This document shows positions 51,727 through 64,000 of a DNA stretch of 64,000 nucleotides, piece after piece. Every line of letters starts with the position of its first letter. Position 1 is the first letter of the stretch. Made by a program: the position numbers and the translations under genes. The notes beneath the pieces were generated by a model. That model was not told the DNA's origin. It did not search any database and saw only the letters and a list, made by a program, of their open reading frames with translations. Origin of the DNA: Lama glama (lineage: Eukaryota); the NCBI GenBank assembly GCA_028534125.1, contig CM052817.1, positions 54,686,001-54,750,000 of the forward strand, in the 5' to 3' direction.

Positions 51727-54479
51727 AAGAGCATGAAAGAGAAAGAATGAGAAAGATGAGCCCTTAAATCACATGTTCACCAAGGGAGGTACAAGCAGGA
51801 GGAGAGGGACGGGCAGAAATTTAGTAAGTGTTTGCTGAGGGTAGAGACTTTAAGAGTGACAAGAGATGGCACATAGCAATTCTGATAATTAAAAGCCCTT
51901 AGAATCTTTTATTAGCTGAGAAGTAAAGTCTTTTCTGTTTCAAGAAAAGAGGATGATCTTGATGAACTTTTTCAGCCTCTAACTGTAGATTAAAATCACC
52001 TTTTACAGCCCACTAGACTTTTTGCCCAATTTTTCCTCCTTTCTGGTTCTGGTCATTTGGAACATCAGACTACGCCAAAATATATAGAAACCGGTGCTTT
52101 TGGCAATAATACACAGCAGCCAAAGTCTCAATATCCACAGAAAAACAATAAATCACGTTGAATGTTGTTCACTAATGACAATAGCATTGCATTCCCCAAA
52201 ATATAATGAACAACAAAAAGAGAAGCATCACAAGATAAACAGCATGCCTCTGGAATCTTCAGCAGTGACAACAAGGCTACCGACATTTCCGCGTTCTGTT
52301 TGTGGAGCTATGACCCTTACTGATTCACTCCAGTAAACCCTGGACCCCTTCTGGTTCAGCTGCTCCTTGATGCAGCACCTGTGTATGTACCTGTGGGCCT
52401 AAAAATAGCAACAGCCAAAACTACATGAAATCAAAAGCAAATCCTGTTGTGTTCACAGTTTGTGTTTTCATCTAACTTCTTGTAAGGACACCCACTTAAC
52501 ATACTTCCCAGATTTTATAGGCAGCTGCAGCATTGGAGTCTTTCTTTCCATGTGGGTTTTATTTTTCTTTAAGAATTTACAGTTTTAGAGAGCTGACTCG
52601 TATTTGCCTAAATGTGGGCCTCCACTTGAAGATTTACATAATAAGGATTTTTAGTTGAAAGATATAGAGAATTGTGGGCAGACCAAGGTTATTGTAATTA
52701 AAAGCATTTGAGACCCATCTCCAGTTAGAGACTTCTGAGCTCAGAAGGAAGAGCCACAGAATATACCTGGAATGGTATACCAGGAAGAATAGGAGAATTC
52801 TTGATTTTAGTGAGGCATATGCTCAGTTTGGACCCTTAGGGAAGGTCCAAAGACCCTGTTTGTTAGCTTTTGTCTTTGAGTTTAGGATCATTTACATTAA
52901 CTATGGGTCATTGGTTGAGCAAGTAGAAGATAATGGGTATAAAGGAAATTTGAATTTCTAACAAAGCTGCCCCTTTTAAGCATGATTACATGGGTATGAA
53001 GGGTATGAGCACAATAAATAAGACTTCACTAAGATTTTTATTTCCAACTTCAGCAGTCATTTATTTATATAAAAAGTCACATAGTCCATCTGGAATTCAG
53101 TTTGGTGATAAGAACTTTGCCAAAGAATTGCAGGCTCATGAGCCAAGAAGATTATATCTTCCTTTTTTTTTTCTATTAAAAAAAAGAAAAGGCCAACCAA
53201 AATATGAATTGTGTTGAAATGAGTTAAACAGTAGCATGTACAAGAAAGTCCCAAATTTCCAAACTCAACACTTACTCTTGATTCTTTTTGGGTCTCCTCC
53301 ACCTGGCCTTTCCTTGCCTTTCTCTTTAAAACCCTCCATGTTTGCACCATAACTGCAGAACAACACAGATGTTCCTTGGGTCATCCCCTCAGTGACATTC
53401 AGGAGGCAGAGTTGGTTTCAGACAACCACAGAAGCCGGGAAAGGATTGTCATACTGAGAGGAAGCAACCAAACTACTTATGACTCTCCCCTTCTCTTAAG
53501 TAGTTCAGTACTTTCTATGACATCTTGAGTGCAGAGATGAGAAACATTGTACTATGAAAACATGATCTGAAAGAACATTATACAGTATTCCACAGCTATC
53601 TTCTGCCTCTCTTGTGTAGGTCTGTAATTAAGGGGAATTTAGGTCACAGACATTTCTGACTTCTTATCACATGTATTATTCAATTGTACTGATAGTTCTT
53701 TCCTTCTTATCACATTTATACTTCAATCACAATCATAGGTCATTCCTTTTTTGTATTTAACATAATGTTTTAGGGATGCTTCTGTTGACAGAATCAATAG
53801 TTCATTTTGTATATTGCTTATAATGTATACATATACTACCTATATTGGCCATTCATTTGTTGGACATTTGGGTAGTTTCTAGTTTGTGACTCCTATGAAT
53901 AAAGCAACTATAAATATTTTTGTACAATTCTTTGTGTGTACAGCTGCCTTCATTTCCCTTGAGTAAATAATTAAGAGTTGAATTATTAAGGCATGGTGAA
54001 GGTGATGAAATAGCTAGTTTTCGAAATACTACCACTATAATAGAAATTTGAGTGTTTAACTTTAGTAAAGCCCAATTTACCTTTTTTTTTTTAATGGTTA
54101 TAACTTTCAGTATCCTCTCAAGGAAATTTTTGCCTACTCCAAGGTCATGAATTTATTCTCATATGCCAAGAAGTTTACATTTTTATCTTTCATAGTTAGG
54201 TCTGTGGTCAATTTCAAATTAATTTTTATATATAGTGTGATGTAGCTCTTACAGTTTATCCTGTTTTATGTATATATCCAGTTATTCCAGTTTCATTTGT
54301 TGATTTCCCTTTCCCTGCTGAATGGCACTGCACCTCTGATGAAAATCAAGTTTCTGCAAGTTCTGTTTCTGAACTCTGTATTTAGTTCTACAGAATTATT
54401 TTTCTCTCTTTATACCAGTACTTCACTGTGTGATTACAATACCTTTTCAGAAATTCTTGAATCAGGTAATGAAAATCCT

Positions 54480-54527
54480 TTCTCTCTCTCTCTCTCTCAT
54501 CCTTATATATATATATATATATATATA
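54480..54527. repeat. Compound (TC)n...(TA)n microsatellite at the 5' edge of the nested L1
   Basis: Read directly from the sequence. Confidence 0.9.
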
Positions 54528-54805
54528 AACTTTTTCCAGTTAAAAGATGAATACATTCTGGAGATGTAATATGCAACAAGATGATTATAATTAATAATAC
54601 TGTATTATATATTTGAAAGTTACTAAGAGTAGACTTTAAAGTTTTTAACACACACACACACACACATTGTAATGATATTAGATGTTGCATGTGTTAACTA
54701 ACCTTACTGTGGTAATCATTTTGCAATGTATACATACATCAACTCGTATTCTTTAAACACACAATACACAATTTTATATGTCATTTATATCTCAATAAAG
54801 CTAGG
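54528..54805 (+). mobile_element. L1MA9/10-like 3' end nested antiparallel in the older L1
   Basis: 'aataatactgtattatatatttgaaagttactaagagtagac', 'gtggtaatcattttgcaatgtatac', 'tatatctcaataaagctagg'; internal (CA)n. Confidence 0.9.
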
Positions 54806-55254
54806 GAATATATTTTAAAAGTAGTTTTGTTTATGCTAGATCTTTGCATTTTTATATAAACTTGGAATTTATTTCAAAATTGCTACCAAAGTTTGTGTTG
54901 GGTTTTTAATTGGGACTATATCACAATGTAGGAATCAATTTGGAGAAACTGATATCTCAACAATATTGAGTCTTACAATCCATGAACATGGTATATTTCT
55001 CTATTTAGGTTTCCTTTAACTTCTCTTAACAGTGTTTTCACTGTAGAGGTTGCTCTTGTCATTCATTAAATCCATTCCAAAGTGTTTTTATGTGAGCTTG
55101 TAAATTTCCTTTCTCTCAGGGATTAAGACCTTGTGCTGCCTCTTTTCCAATGTATGAAAACAGTTGCCTCATCTATTTTGTCTAGTGTTTTATTTGTTTA
55201 TTCCAGTAAGGTAAGTCTGACATCAGTTACTTTCTCATAACCAGAAATGAAAAT

Positions 55255-56395
55255 GCTAGAGCAATCATTTTGTAAAAGAAAGTATTTTATGTCTCCTCTG
55301 TTCAAAACCTTGCTATGAATCCCCATTTCAATTACAGTAAAAAGCCTTACAAATACTCTAAGGTCCTACACAATTCACATACTATCTTTTCCTAGCCAAC
55401 TCATTGCTTTTCCTCCCACTGCTGCCATTATTGCAGTTACATTAGTCTTATTGCTGTTGCTCAAACTTTCCAGGCAAAATCCAATGGGTCCTTTGCTCAA
55501 ATGTTCTTTCCACCTATAATAATCCTACACAGATGTCTGTTTGGTTGATTCTCCCGCCTCCTTCAAGTCTTTGCATATGTCTTACCCTCTCAGTGGGATC
55601 TACCCTGATCTTCCTACTTAAATATTAGAAACTGTCCTTTCTCTGCCTGGAAATATCAACCACTCTTAACATTATTCTATTTATTTTCTTTTTGCCAATG
55701 ATATTGATCACTTTCTAACATACTTGTAACTTACTTTTAAAAAAATAATATTTGTTCTTTATCATCTCTCTTAGCATAACATATCTGTCAGCATCCTACC
55801 TAAACCTAGTAGATACTTTACTGTATTCCTGCTCATGCCCAAGTGTCAGTTTCTGCATCTCTGGGCTTTATGACTTCCCTCTGGATCTGTAGAAGGCTGT
55901 TCTGTGTGAGGCAGACTGAATGTGTGGAGAAACTTATGCCCCCAAAGTAGCTCTCCAACAACTCATATAAGTTGGTTCATGAATATGCAAGCTCTCTCAG
56001 TCCTCGCATGGCTAATTTTCAAGCCTACCTTTTACACTCCTTCCCAGACTTTCTGTATGAGACTAAGTTGCAGTGTTTCATCAAAATTGACATAACGGTT
56101 CATCATTGATTGGTTGTTTTTCTATTCCTAGTTCAGTCTCTCACTACTGTATCTTCCAAGTCATCTACTCCTGAACAAATTATTTGCACTCAAATACCTT
56201 ATTCAGAATCTGCTTCTGAGAGAACCCAAACTAAGAAATCAACTATAGTGTAAGTTTCATGAAGGCAGGGATGATGATGATGATGATGATGGTGATTATT
56301 ATTATTATTATTTTAATTGTTATTATCTCAAGTGCCTACAACAGCATTAGGGGCAGACTACATGTGCAGATATTTGTGGAATGAATTAATAAACT
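55255..56395 (+). mobile_element. L2a 3' fossil split by LTR16, with (GAT)n(TTA)n microsatellite near 56270-56312
   Basis: 'atgtctcctctgttcaaaacc', 'ctccttcaagtctttgc', resumes 'tagtgtaagtttcatgaaggcaggga', ends 'atatttgtggaatgaat'. Confidence 0.8.
55786..56238 (+). mobile_element. ERVL solo LTR (LTR16-like)
   Basis: Terminal 'tatttgcactcaaatacctt..cagaatctgcttctgagagaacccaaactaaga' is typical of LTR16. Confidence 0.8.
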
Positions 56396-56559
56396 CAGTA
56401 AAACTTCCAAAAACATTCTTTAGTAATGATAATTACAAAAAGTGTCAGAGTTTTCATTACTTAAGTTGAGAATTCTCAATGTCAAGTTTAGCGCTATAGA
56501 AGTAAACCTCATTGCTGTGTACATTTAGATTTTTTTAATAATTAGTAATTTTTTATTTT

Positions 56560-56930
56560 AAAGGTTTCTTGTGATTATTTACATTTATTTTGTGAGTTGA
56601 CTTGTTCTTTGTAACTTTCCTTTTGGGGATGTAAAATATTTTTAAGATTTACTTTTTTGCAAATGTTTTGCCTTGTTTGCTTTTTATCTTTCAATATATT
56701 TTAGGTCTAGAAATTTTACATTTATATAGTTAGATCAATTGATCTTTATTTGTGATTCTTATATCTATACTGAAAATATTAACTTATGTTTTCATCTAGA
56801 ATTTAATATATTTTAAATAGATGTTCACTCTATTTTACTCAGAATCTATTTTTATTTGAGATGAGTATTTTCCCTTTAATGTAGATAACCAACTACCACA
56901 GCACTGTATCTTGAATATATTGAACTGATT
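56560..56930 (-). mobile_element. Decayed L1M ORF2-end fragment
   Basis: 'tttgcaaatgttttgcc', 'tatgttttcatctagaattt', 'gtagataaccaactaccacagcac'. Confidence 0.5.
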
Positions 56931-57152
56931 TTGAAGAATGAATAGAGATTAACTATTTAGACAAGGAAGGGAAGGGATTTTCTGCAAATGCAATCACATG
57001 GTGTAAGAGTAAAGTACAATTAAGAAAATAGTGGGATACAGGACCTGTAAATAATTTAACACATAGTTGGAAAAATTAGCTTAGAAGTCTAACTTAGTTC
57101 CAGACCCCATCTCTATTACACTCCTATGCCTTTTAAAGGAACAGATGGTACT

Positions 57153-57547
57153 TGTGGCAGAGATAGTAATGTTCACCAAGTAGCCCATGTGCTCACCTGC
57201 ATATCCTAGCCTCCCTTGCAATTAGTATGTTAAAACCATGTGATTTGTTCTGTACAGAAAACTGTGAGAGGAAATGACGCCTATCCTGTCTGGGCTGATG
57301 CAGTCAAAAGCATGTTCCCACTCTATTCCTGTTTTCTCCTTCTGTGGGCCCTTCAGAGGCCCTGTGTTTCAGATCTTAACTAAAAGAGGGCAGAAGCTTT
57401 ATCACTCAGGGACTATATAGACAGAGTCCCAAGACAATCTGTGTGGGATATTTAAAGAATATGAAAAATAAACTTTCATTGGTTTTGATTTCTAAAATAT
57501 GGGACATAACTTTCTGCAGCATCACTTATCCTATGTTGACTAAAACT
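57153..57547 (+). mobile_element. MaLR solo LTR (MLT1I/J-like)
   Basis: TGTGGCAGA start, 'cctagcctcccttgcaattag', 'aaataaactttcattg', end 'cctatgttgactaaaac'. Confidence 0.85.
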
Positions 57548-57549
57548 GT

Positions 57550-58445
57550 ATCTAAAACCACAAAATTAAAACAGAACCCATTATCCTTCACTTCAAATAT
57601 ATTCCCCCATTAAATTTTCTAATTTCTATTAATTTCATGTTAGTTCCTTAGCTTCATAGGAATGGGCTGAGAATTAAATAAATGAATACATTTAGGACAC
57701 TTAAAATTTAGCAACCTCTCAGAAAGTGTTTGATATTATTTTTATTGTTGTTTGTTACCTGGCAGTAGAATCTTGGGCTTGCTTTGGCTTAAGCCTTATT
57801 TTCAATTACCTAGTTACCAATATATTAATTCTATATCTAAATTTAGCATTAAATCAAGCTTGCTTCCATTTCCTTTCTTGCCACTTTAGTTCAAGCTTGA
57901 CTTAGTTTTAATAGTCTTATAACTGGTGTACCTGTCATTATAAGATTAGGTTTCCCATTACACAGGCAGCCATATTCCTCTCAGACTTAAAATGTGGAAT
58001 GTGTTCCTACTGCATGTGAGAGCTAAATTTTCATTTCAGGTTCTCTGTGATCAAAGCCCAGTTTACACTTAAGCTTGTTCTTACACCATTCCCTATGGAT
58101 CTTTCCCCCTCTCCCTACTTTATTAATAGTCTCAAAACACATCCCATATATTTTTTTTTGCTTCTGTGCTTTATTGGGATCCAAGCTTTAGTCATTACAT
58201 CAAATATTCCAAATCTTATGTAAGTTCCAATTCAAATGTCATCTCTTCCTAAAAGTCTTCCATGATTTTCCTAGTTAGAAGAAACTTCTACTGACTCAAG
58301 GCTCATTGCATCTTCTTGTATTACTACACATATCATACCTATAAGATGCTACATGTTTAATACAGGAGTTCATCTTTGGTTTTTATCATCACTCAAAATA
58401 GTATTCTAGATCTCATAGGTAAACAATATATGTTTCTTGAATAAA
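57550..58445 (+). mobile_element. Decayed L2 (with possible MIR piece ~57640-57750)
   Basis: 'aaaacagaacccattatc', 'ttcaaatgtcatctcttcctaaaagtcttcc', terminal 'tgtttcttgaataaa'. Confidence 0.6.
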
Positions 58446-60134
58446 GGGTGAAAACTGATAAATGATAAGTTAGAAACTTTGTATGCTGAATTCTGAAAAG
58501 TCTATGTTTCTTTTACAGAACTTAGTTGTTATTTATTTAATTTATTTATGATTTGTGGCCTATTTTTAAATTCAACTCATTGAATTGAGTCCAGTGCATT
58601 TTATTAGTTATTAAATAAAACATTCAAGTTATCTGCTTTTACTTTCCTACAAGGTGACATTCATGCCATTACTGTTTTAACAGAAATTCAATGACAGGCT
58701 TAAATTTCCTTTGTTGAAAGGCCTGCATTAAGAAAATACACTTACAAAGGCAACACGGACTAGCATAAATTAGAAAAAATAATTAGGGACATTAAAGGTA
58801 AATACTGCGACACTTTGAGAAGAAGAGGGAAGTATGGAAGGTTCTTTAAAGCAGCTGCAATTAAAAATGTTAATAAGAATCTGTGAAAGAACAAGAACTG
58901 TAAATGAGTCTTTTAAGAGGAAGAGAAATATGATAAATTGTGGAACTCTGGATAATCACAATTAGCAAAATGGAGAATAATTAAAGAAACCAAATTAGAC
59001 CACATGTAGTGATAAATGAGGTTAGACTTGTTAAAGAACTGTGTCATTAGCAGGTTTTTTGTGCTGGTGAGGAAAGAATAGGGAGAGAAAGAGAATTTAT
59101 ATCCCTGGGAAAATAAAAGAGGGGTATCCATGCCCTATTGCACTTAATGAAATGGTCTAACAGTGAGCCATCTACAGGGAGGAGAGTTTGCAAATAGGCA
59201 CATGTCCCTGAACCCTCAGCAATGCAGCCTCTGTCTGATGACCGCCACTCAAGCAAGTACTTGGAAGATTCAGGTCACTAGAGACTAACCTTTTCCTGAC
59301 CGTGTTTTCTTTGCCAAGTGTGGCTCTGAATCACACAGCAGGGAAGGAGTTTGTCTGTGCTTGTTAAAGTCTCTCAAGGTTGATCACATATGGTTTCCAA
59401 TACCTAAGGCCAACTGTGATAACTCTTTGGAATAATTCTAAGGAAATAATGTCCTGTAACATCAATAAAAGCCTTAAAGATATGCCTGAAATGATATGAA
59501 TCATTAGAGTCAACCCCAGATTGTTCAAAGATGATAGGAGAATTGACTACTGGCTTAGGAACATGGCCTAATCCCCAACCCCAGGCTTTGTGTTCTGTCC
59601 ATATATAATGACCTGTGAACTATGGAAGTATCAGGCCTGTGCCTGGAGCTCTCCAGAACTGAGCTTCTAGGTGCAATCTGTGTAGAAATGGGTGTGCTGA
59701 CTCATCTTACCCAGTTCTTCCTGTTCAAATTAAGTTAGAGCTACAGACATAACTAAGAAGTCTCAGTTATGTGCCAACTACCACAACTGTTAGCAAGCCA
59801 ACAGTTAGGGGCCTTTACACACTGCTTTTCCCTAATGCCTATTGCTTTTAGTGGCTGCCTACCTATTAGAAATGCTTTGGTGTGGGTCAGACACACTGTT
59901 CAGAAAGTATATTCAGGTTCCAGTGACAAAAAAAAAAGCATTACAACTGTGCCTTTCACAGGTATTAAAATTTATTGATTTATAATTGTTACCAAATTAC
60001 ATAAATCCCCTCTGAGCCTAAGCCATTTTATTAATTTCCTGAAGAGGCTATCCAAGCCTTGCTCAAATATCTGATACCATTTTCATGCCTATTGTGAAGG
60101 GATACATCTATGTATACTAACACTTTGTTCCTTT

Positions 60135-61240
60135 GACATGTATTGAGACACTCTTCTGAGACACAATATTTTAGGCATTAGGTATAAAAATTTGGTAACA
60201 TAAACCAGGTTCTGTCTAAAGATTTTATTTAATGGGGAAAGGCAGACAATAAACAAATAGATGAACATGAAATAATTAGTACTATTATGTTGAATATAAA
60301 ACAGGATGTTGAGCTAGAGGTTAAATGGAAAGGGAAGGTTACACTTAGGAGATAACATTTCAGCTGATTCCTGAATTTTAAGGAATAAACCTTTCACATA
60401 TACTAGGATAATGTTGTAATATTTGAATGATGTTGATATATTTAATGACCAAAAAGAAGGTCAGTATAGTTAGAGTGTTCTGAACAAGAAACAGAGTGGT
60501 AGCAGATGTGGTTAGAAGTCAGCAGGGGATAGATACTGAGGACTATTGTATGTACATATACCATATTCTAAGTGTGATGGGAAAGATTTCGAAAGATTTT
60601 GTTGTTTTTAATCAGAGGAACAATACAACTTGATTTCTATTTTGAAAAAAATCATTCTGGTTGTTCTGTTGAGAATGGATTGGAAGAAAACAAGAGTAGA
60701 AGCAGAGAGATTAGAAGGTTTTTGCAATAATCTAAGTGAAAGATGACAATTCAGATGAGAATTGCACAGATGATGGAAGGTTAAGTTCATCAGAATTGCT
60801 GGAGAGTAGGGCTGGAGAAGGGTGAAAACAATTCTTCTTTAGACATGTTAATTTTGAGATGTCTGTTAGAACCCCAAGTGGATATATCAAAGAAACATTT
60901 GGGCATACACGTCTGCAGTTTGGGTAAGACCTCAAGTCTAAATGTGTGCATTTGGAGGTCAAAGGCACATCAGTTTATTTGAAGCAGTTAGATAAATGAG
61001 ATTGTCAAGAAAGATCTGGAGAAAATAATGGCTTCTGGATCATATCCATAAACAGAAAAGTCTAGTAGAAGTGAAGCTGGCACAGGAGATTGAGGAGTAG
61101 TCAGTAAAGAAGGAGGAAAACTAGGAAAGAGGCATCCTGGATGTCTGGAGAGGAAAAAAAAAGTACGAGAAAGAAGATAGCTTGCAGTGTCAAATACCAC
61201 TGAGTGGCTGAATAATACAAACACAGAGGAGTGATTCTAG
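60135..61240 (-). mobile_element. L2a fossil
   Basis: 'ggcagacaataaacaa', 'aaaatcattctggttg', 'tagacatgttaattttgagatgtctgttaga..ccaagtgga', 'cagtgtcaaatacc'. Confidence 0.85.
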
Positions 61241-62149
61241 GACCAATGGGGAGGGGAACGGGGTCGTGCTTATAGGAGGACTCAGGGCCTAGGGAAGGTT
61301 TATTTTATTCAAAGTTGTTTGTGTGTAGACTGGCAATGCTCCCACAGAGCTATATTGCTGCTGCAGAAATGAGAATCATTATGGAGTTTAAAGTTATTAC
61401 AGAGTACTTCTAATTCCAGGAATTTGTTTTCTTTTGGCTGAATTGATAATTTTAAGCTTGTGCACTGCAAAATTAAGAACAAAACTCAGAATTGCCCAGC
61501 ATAGTATTAATCCTATGGCAGCTAACCTGAAAAAGCCAGCCAATGTGATTCACTCTATTTCTACAATAGTAGGCACAGTGAATGCAGTTGGCATAGATTA
61601 ATTTATCATCCTACAGAGTGCTAATTTTGTGGAATAAAATTAATAGTCAAAGTTGTGCTAATTTTATATTATTTAATTAGGAAGGGTAATATAGTGAGGA
61701 GAGAATTTTTGGCTTTTGATATAACTTAAATAACATCTTGTTCCATTGTCTCTTATTGTGATAGGTGGAAACTTGGCTGTAAATTGCCCAAAGCCACACA
61801 AAGCAGTCAGAGCTGGCAGAGAGTTTATGGGAACATGATCATCATATATCCTATTTTTTTTTTTACTAATAAGTATGTAGAGTGAATGGAATATGTTGAT
61901 TAAGATTTGTGAGCTAAATCTCCAGATATTTCTATGGAAAATATAATTGTGGTTTGTTTACTTTTTTGTTATCCACACACAGAGCTCAGGTTTTTTTTTT
62001 TTTTATTAACCCTCTTTAAGTGTTTTTGTAATGTATTTTCAGAAATGTGTCTTCAGAAATGCAAATAATTGTTTTGAAGTGGTAGCAACATCTAACAACT
62101 GCCCTTTGAAATACTGTCTTTACTCAGCAATCCTGATTTTTGGAGCAGC

Positions 62150-62314
62150 CATTTAATTGAGCACTTCGATGCTACACACTGTCTACATATTACCTTGAAA
62201 CTTGACAGTGGTCAGCAAGATTAAGTATTATTTCACAGTTTACAGATTGAGGAAATGGAAATCTAGGGGGCTGAAATAACTTTCTTAAGCTCATGTACAT
62301 CACTGGTGGCTGAA
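62150..62314 (-). mobile_element. MIR SINE
   Basis: 'ttgagcactt', 'tttacagattgaggaaatggaa', 'aataactttcttaag'. Confidence 0.75.
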
Positions 62315-62499
62315 TTTTTTCCTCTTATAACATCATTGTCAATGACTGAATTCCCCACAGCAAAAGATTATGTAGTAGTATATAAGTGCCCTTAGATTTG
62401 GGTCATTTTAAGATAATTTTTATTCTGACGAAAGGATATAACGGAGAAAATAAATTTTAAAATTTTAGCACCTTAGAAATGCCGTAACATTTGTCTGTT

Positions 62500-62700
62500 G
62501 AAAAGTGGTGTGATATGAGAGAACGTTCTGTCAGGGTTTGTGTCTTGCTTAGCAAGTTAACATGTGTGCAATTGTAGGTAAATTGCTTTAACTCTTTGAA
62601 TCTGAGTTCCTCATCAACAGAAGTTTGTTATAATAACTACTTGAGAGGTTGTGAAGTTTAAATTGCACATATTTGACACTGCATAAGGGCATAACGTGCT
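62500..62700 (+). mobile_element. MIR SINE
   Basis: 'ggtaaattgctttaactctttgaatctgagttcctcatc', 'gaggttgtgaagtttaaat'. Confidence 0.75.
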
Positions 62701-63024
62701 ATTCCTCAAAACTTGAGGATAAGGTTACATTCTGGAAATAAAATTAATCCACATGTAAATAAGATTTATCAGAGGAAATAAAAATGCCTATATAGTAATA
62801 GCTCAATGGTGGCTGGAGCATGCTGGAAGATTCTAATTCCAATTAAGTTGTATAGACTTTTCAGTTTAAAATAAATTATTTTAAAAAGCCATTGTTTTAA
62901 AAAAAATTTATATGAGGGAAAGCATCCACAGAATGATTTAACCATTGAAATAAGAAGAATTTAGCCTCACTGTTTTTCAGGGTAGTCTGTAAAAATGGAT
63001 TTGAATATTCTCAGCATTGAGGAG

Positions 63025-63029
<5 letters not shown>

Positions 63030-63056
<27 letters not shown>
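63030..63056. repeat. (AT)n microsatellite
   Basis: Read directly from the sequence. Confidence 0.95.
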
Positions 63057-63058
<2 letters not shown>

Positions 63059-63202
63059 GAGAAGTGGGGACAGGTAACCAGGCTTCACCATATTCCTAAA
63101 TAATTAAGTTTTTGAGGGTTATTTTTATTTTATTGCAAGTAAAGAGATGCATATTGAATAAGTTAATACTAGAAAGATAAATAACATATTGTGCAGGTAT
63201 AT

Positions 63203-64000
63203 TTTTTCTTAACAGCTATGTTGAATTTTAATTGACATACTAAAAACTGCCATATTTAAACTGTACAACTTGGTCAGTTTGACATATATTATACCCCGTG
63301 AAACCATCATTGCAAGCATAAGAATGTGAGCATGTCCGCCACCTCCCAAACTTTCCCTGTGCTCACTTGTACTTCCTTTCTTCTGCCCCACCGCCCTCCT
63401 CAAATACTCCTATTTTCTTTCACTATAAATTAGTTTGCATTTCATATAATTTTACATAAACTTAAAAGTTACATTTACAAAATGTATTCATTTTGTCTGG
63501 CTTTTAAAAATTTATTAAAATGACTTTTACATTATACATGTTGCATGTATAGGTACTTCATTATTTTGATAGTTGATTAATTTTCCATTGTGCAGATGTA
63601 ACAAAATGTTTCTATCCCTTTGCCTGTCGGTGGACATTTGTGTTGTCTTCACTTTTGATTATTACAAATAGAAAACAGAACCATTAGGAAGTTTTAGGTA
63701 CAAGTCTTTATATGCTTTTATTTTTCTTGTTTAAAGCCTAGGAAAATACCGAGTTAAAGGTAGATGTATATTTAACTTTTTCACATACTTCCAAAATGTT
63801 TTTTAAAGGGGTAGTAACATTTTACCTTCTAGCCAACAATGTAGGAGAGATCCAGGTGTCCACATTCTCACCAACATTTGGTTATGATCAATATTTTAAA
63901 TTTAAGGTATTCAAATAGATGTGTAGTGATATGTCATCATTGTTTTAATTTGCATTTCCCTAGTGTCTAGTGGTGCTGAGCATCTTTTCATAAGCTTCTT
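63203..64000 (-). mobile_element. L1MB7/8- or L1ME1-like 3' end, running off the window
   Basis: 'aattgacatactaaaaactg', 'ccgtgaaaccatca', 'tggacatttg', 'ccacattctcaccaacatttg', 'ttttaatttgcatttccct'. Confidence 0.88.

Larger units (their letters stand above)
53670..55255 (-). mobile_element. Old L1M element with internal deletions, ending in an L1M 5'-region-like piece (55095-55255)
   Basis: 'ggacatttgggtagtttctagttt', 'tgcctactccaaggtcatga', 'caatattgagtcttacaatccatgaacatggtata', then 'cttttccaatgtatgaaaacagttg..ctattttgtctag'. Confidence 0.8.

Noticed and set aside
61244..61295. CCAAT plus G-runs as a promoter or G-quadruplex
   Set aside because: Only three closely spaced G-runs, no CpG island, and it abuts an L2 end.
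1..64000. Prokaryotic or viral systems (operons, CRISPR arrays, defence systems) and intact host genes
   Set aside because: The sequence is clearly mammalian and repeat-rich. No ORF exceeds 174 aa, there is no regular repeat-spacer array, and I recognise no host protein.

Overview
AT-rich, CpG-depleted eutherian non-coding DNA, most likely camelid (alpaca/camel). The evidence for that is a tRNA-derived Vic-1-type SINE with intact TSDs, a MER41-like solo LTR and camelid-type L1 3' ends. I recognise no host protein-coding exon. The only protein-like ORFs in the track are decayed L1 ORF2 C-terminal pieces. Roughly half the window is layered interspersed repeats: many L2 and MIR fossils, L1M-type and younger L1 copies, MaLR/ERVL/ERV1 solo LTRs, two Tigger1 deletion derivatives and a MER5 piece, several nested inside each other. 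The long L1 copies all lie on the minus strand, which fits, but does not prove, an intron of a large plus-strand gene. The best second-look items are: an ancient CR1/L3-like ORF2 fossil that still translates recognisably and keeps CpGs (~6.85-7.39 kb); a ~190-bp copy of flanking DNA inserted inside an L1 (~37.3 kb); a CpG-retaining self-complementary element with two alternative folds (~45.2-45.4 kb); a PU.1/EICE motif cluster (~20.65 kb); and a few splice-competent candidate non-coding exons. I found no convincing new multi-gene system. Repeat subfamily names come from my memory of consensus sequences, not from a search, and boundaries without TSDs are approximate.
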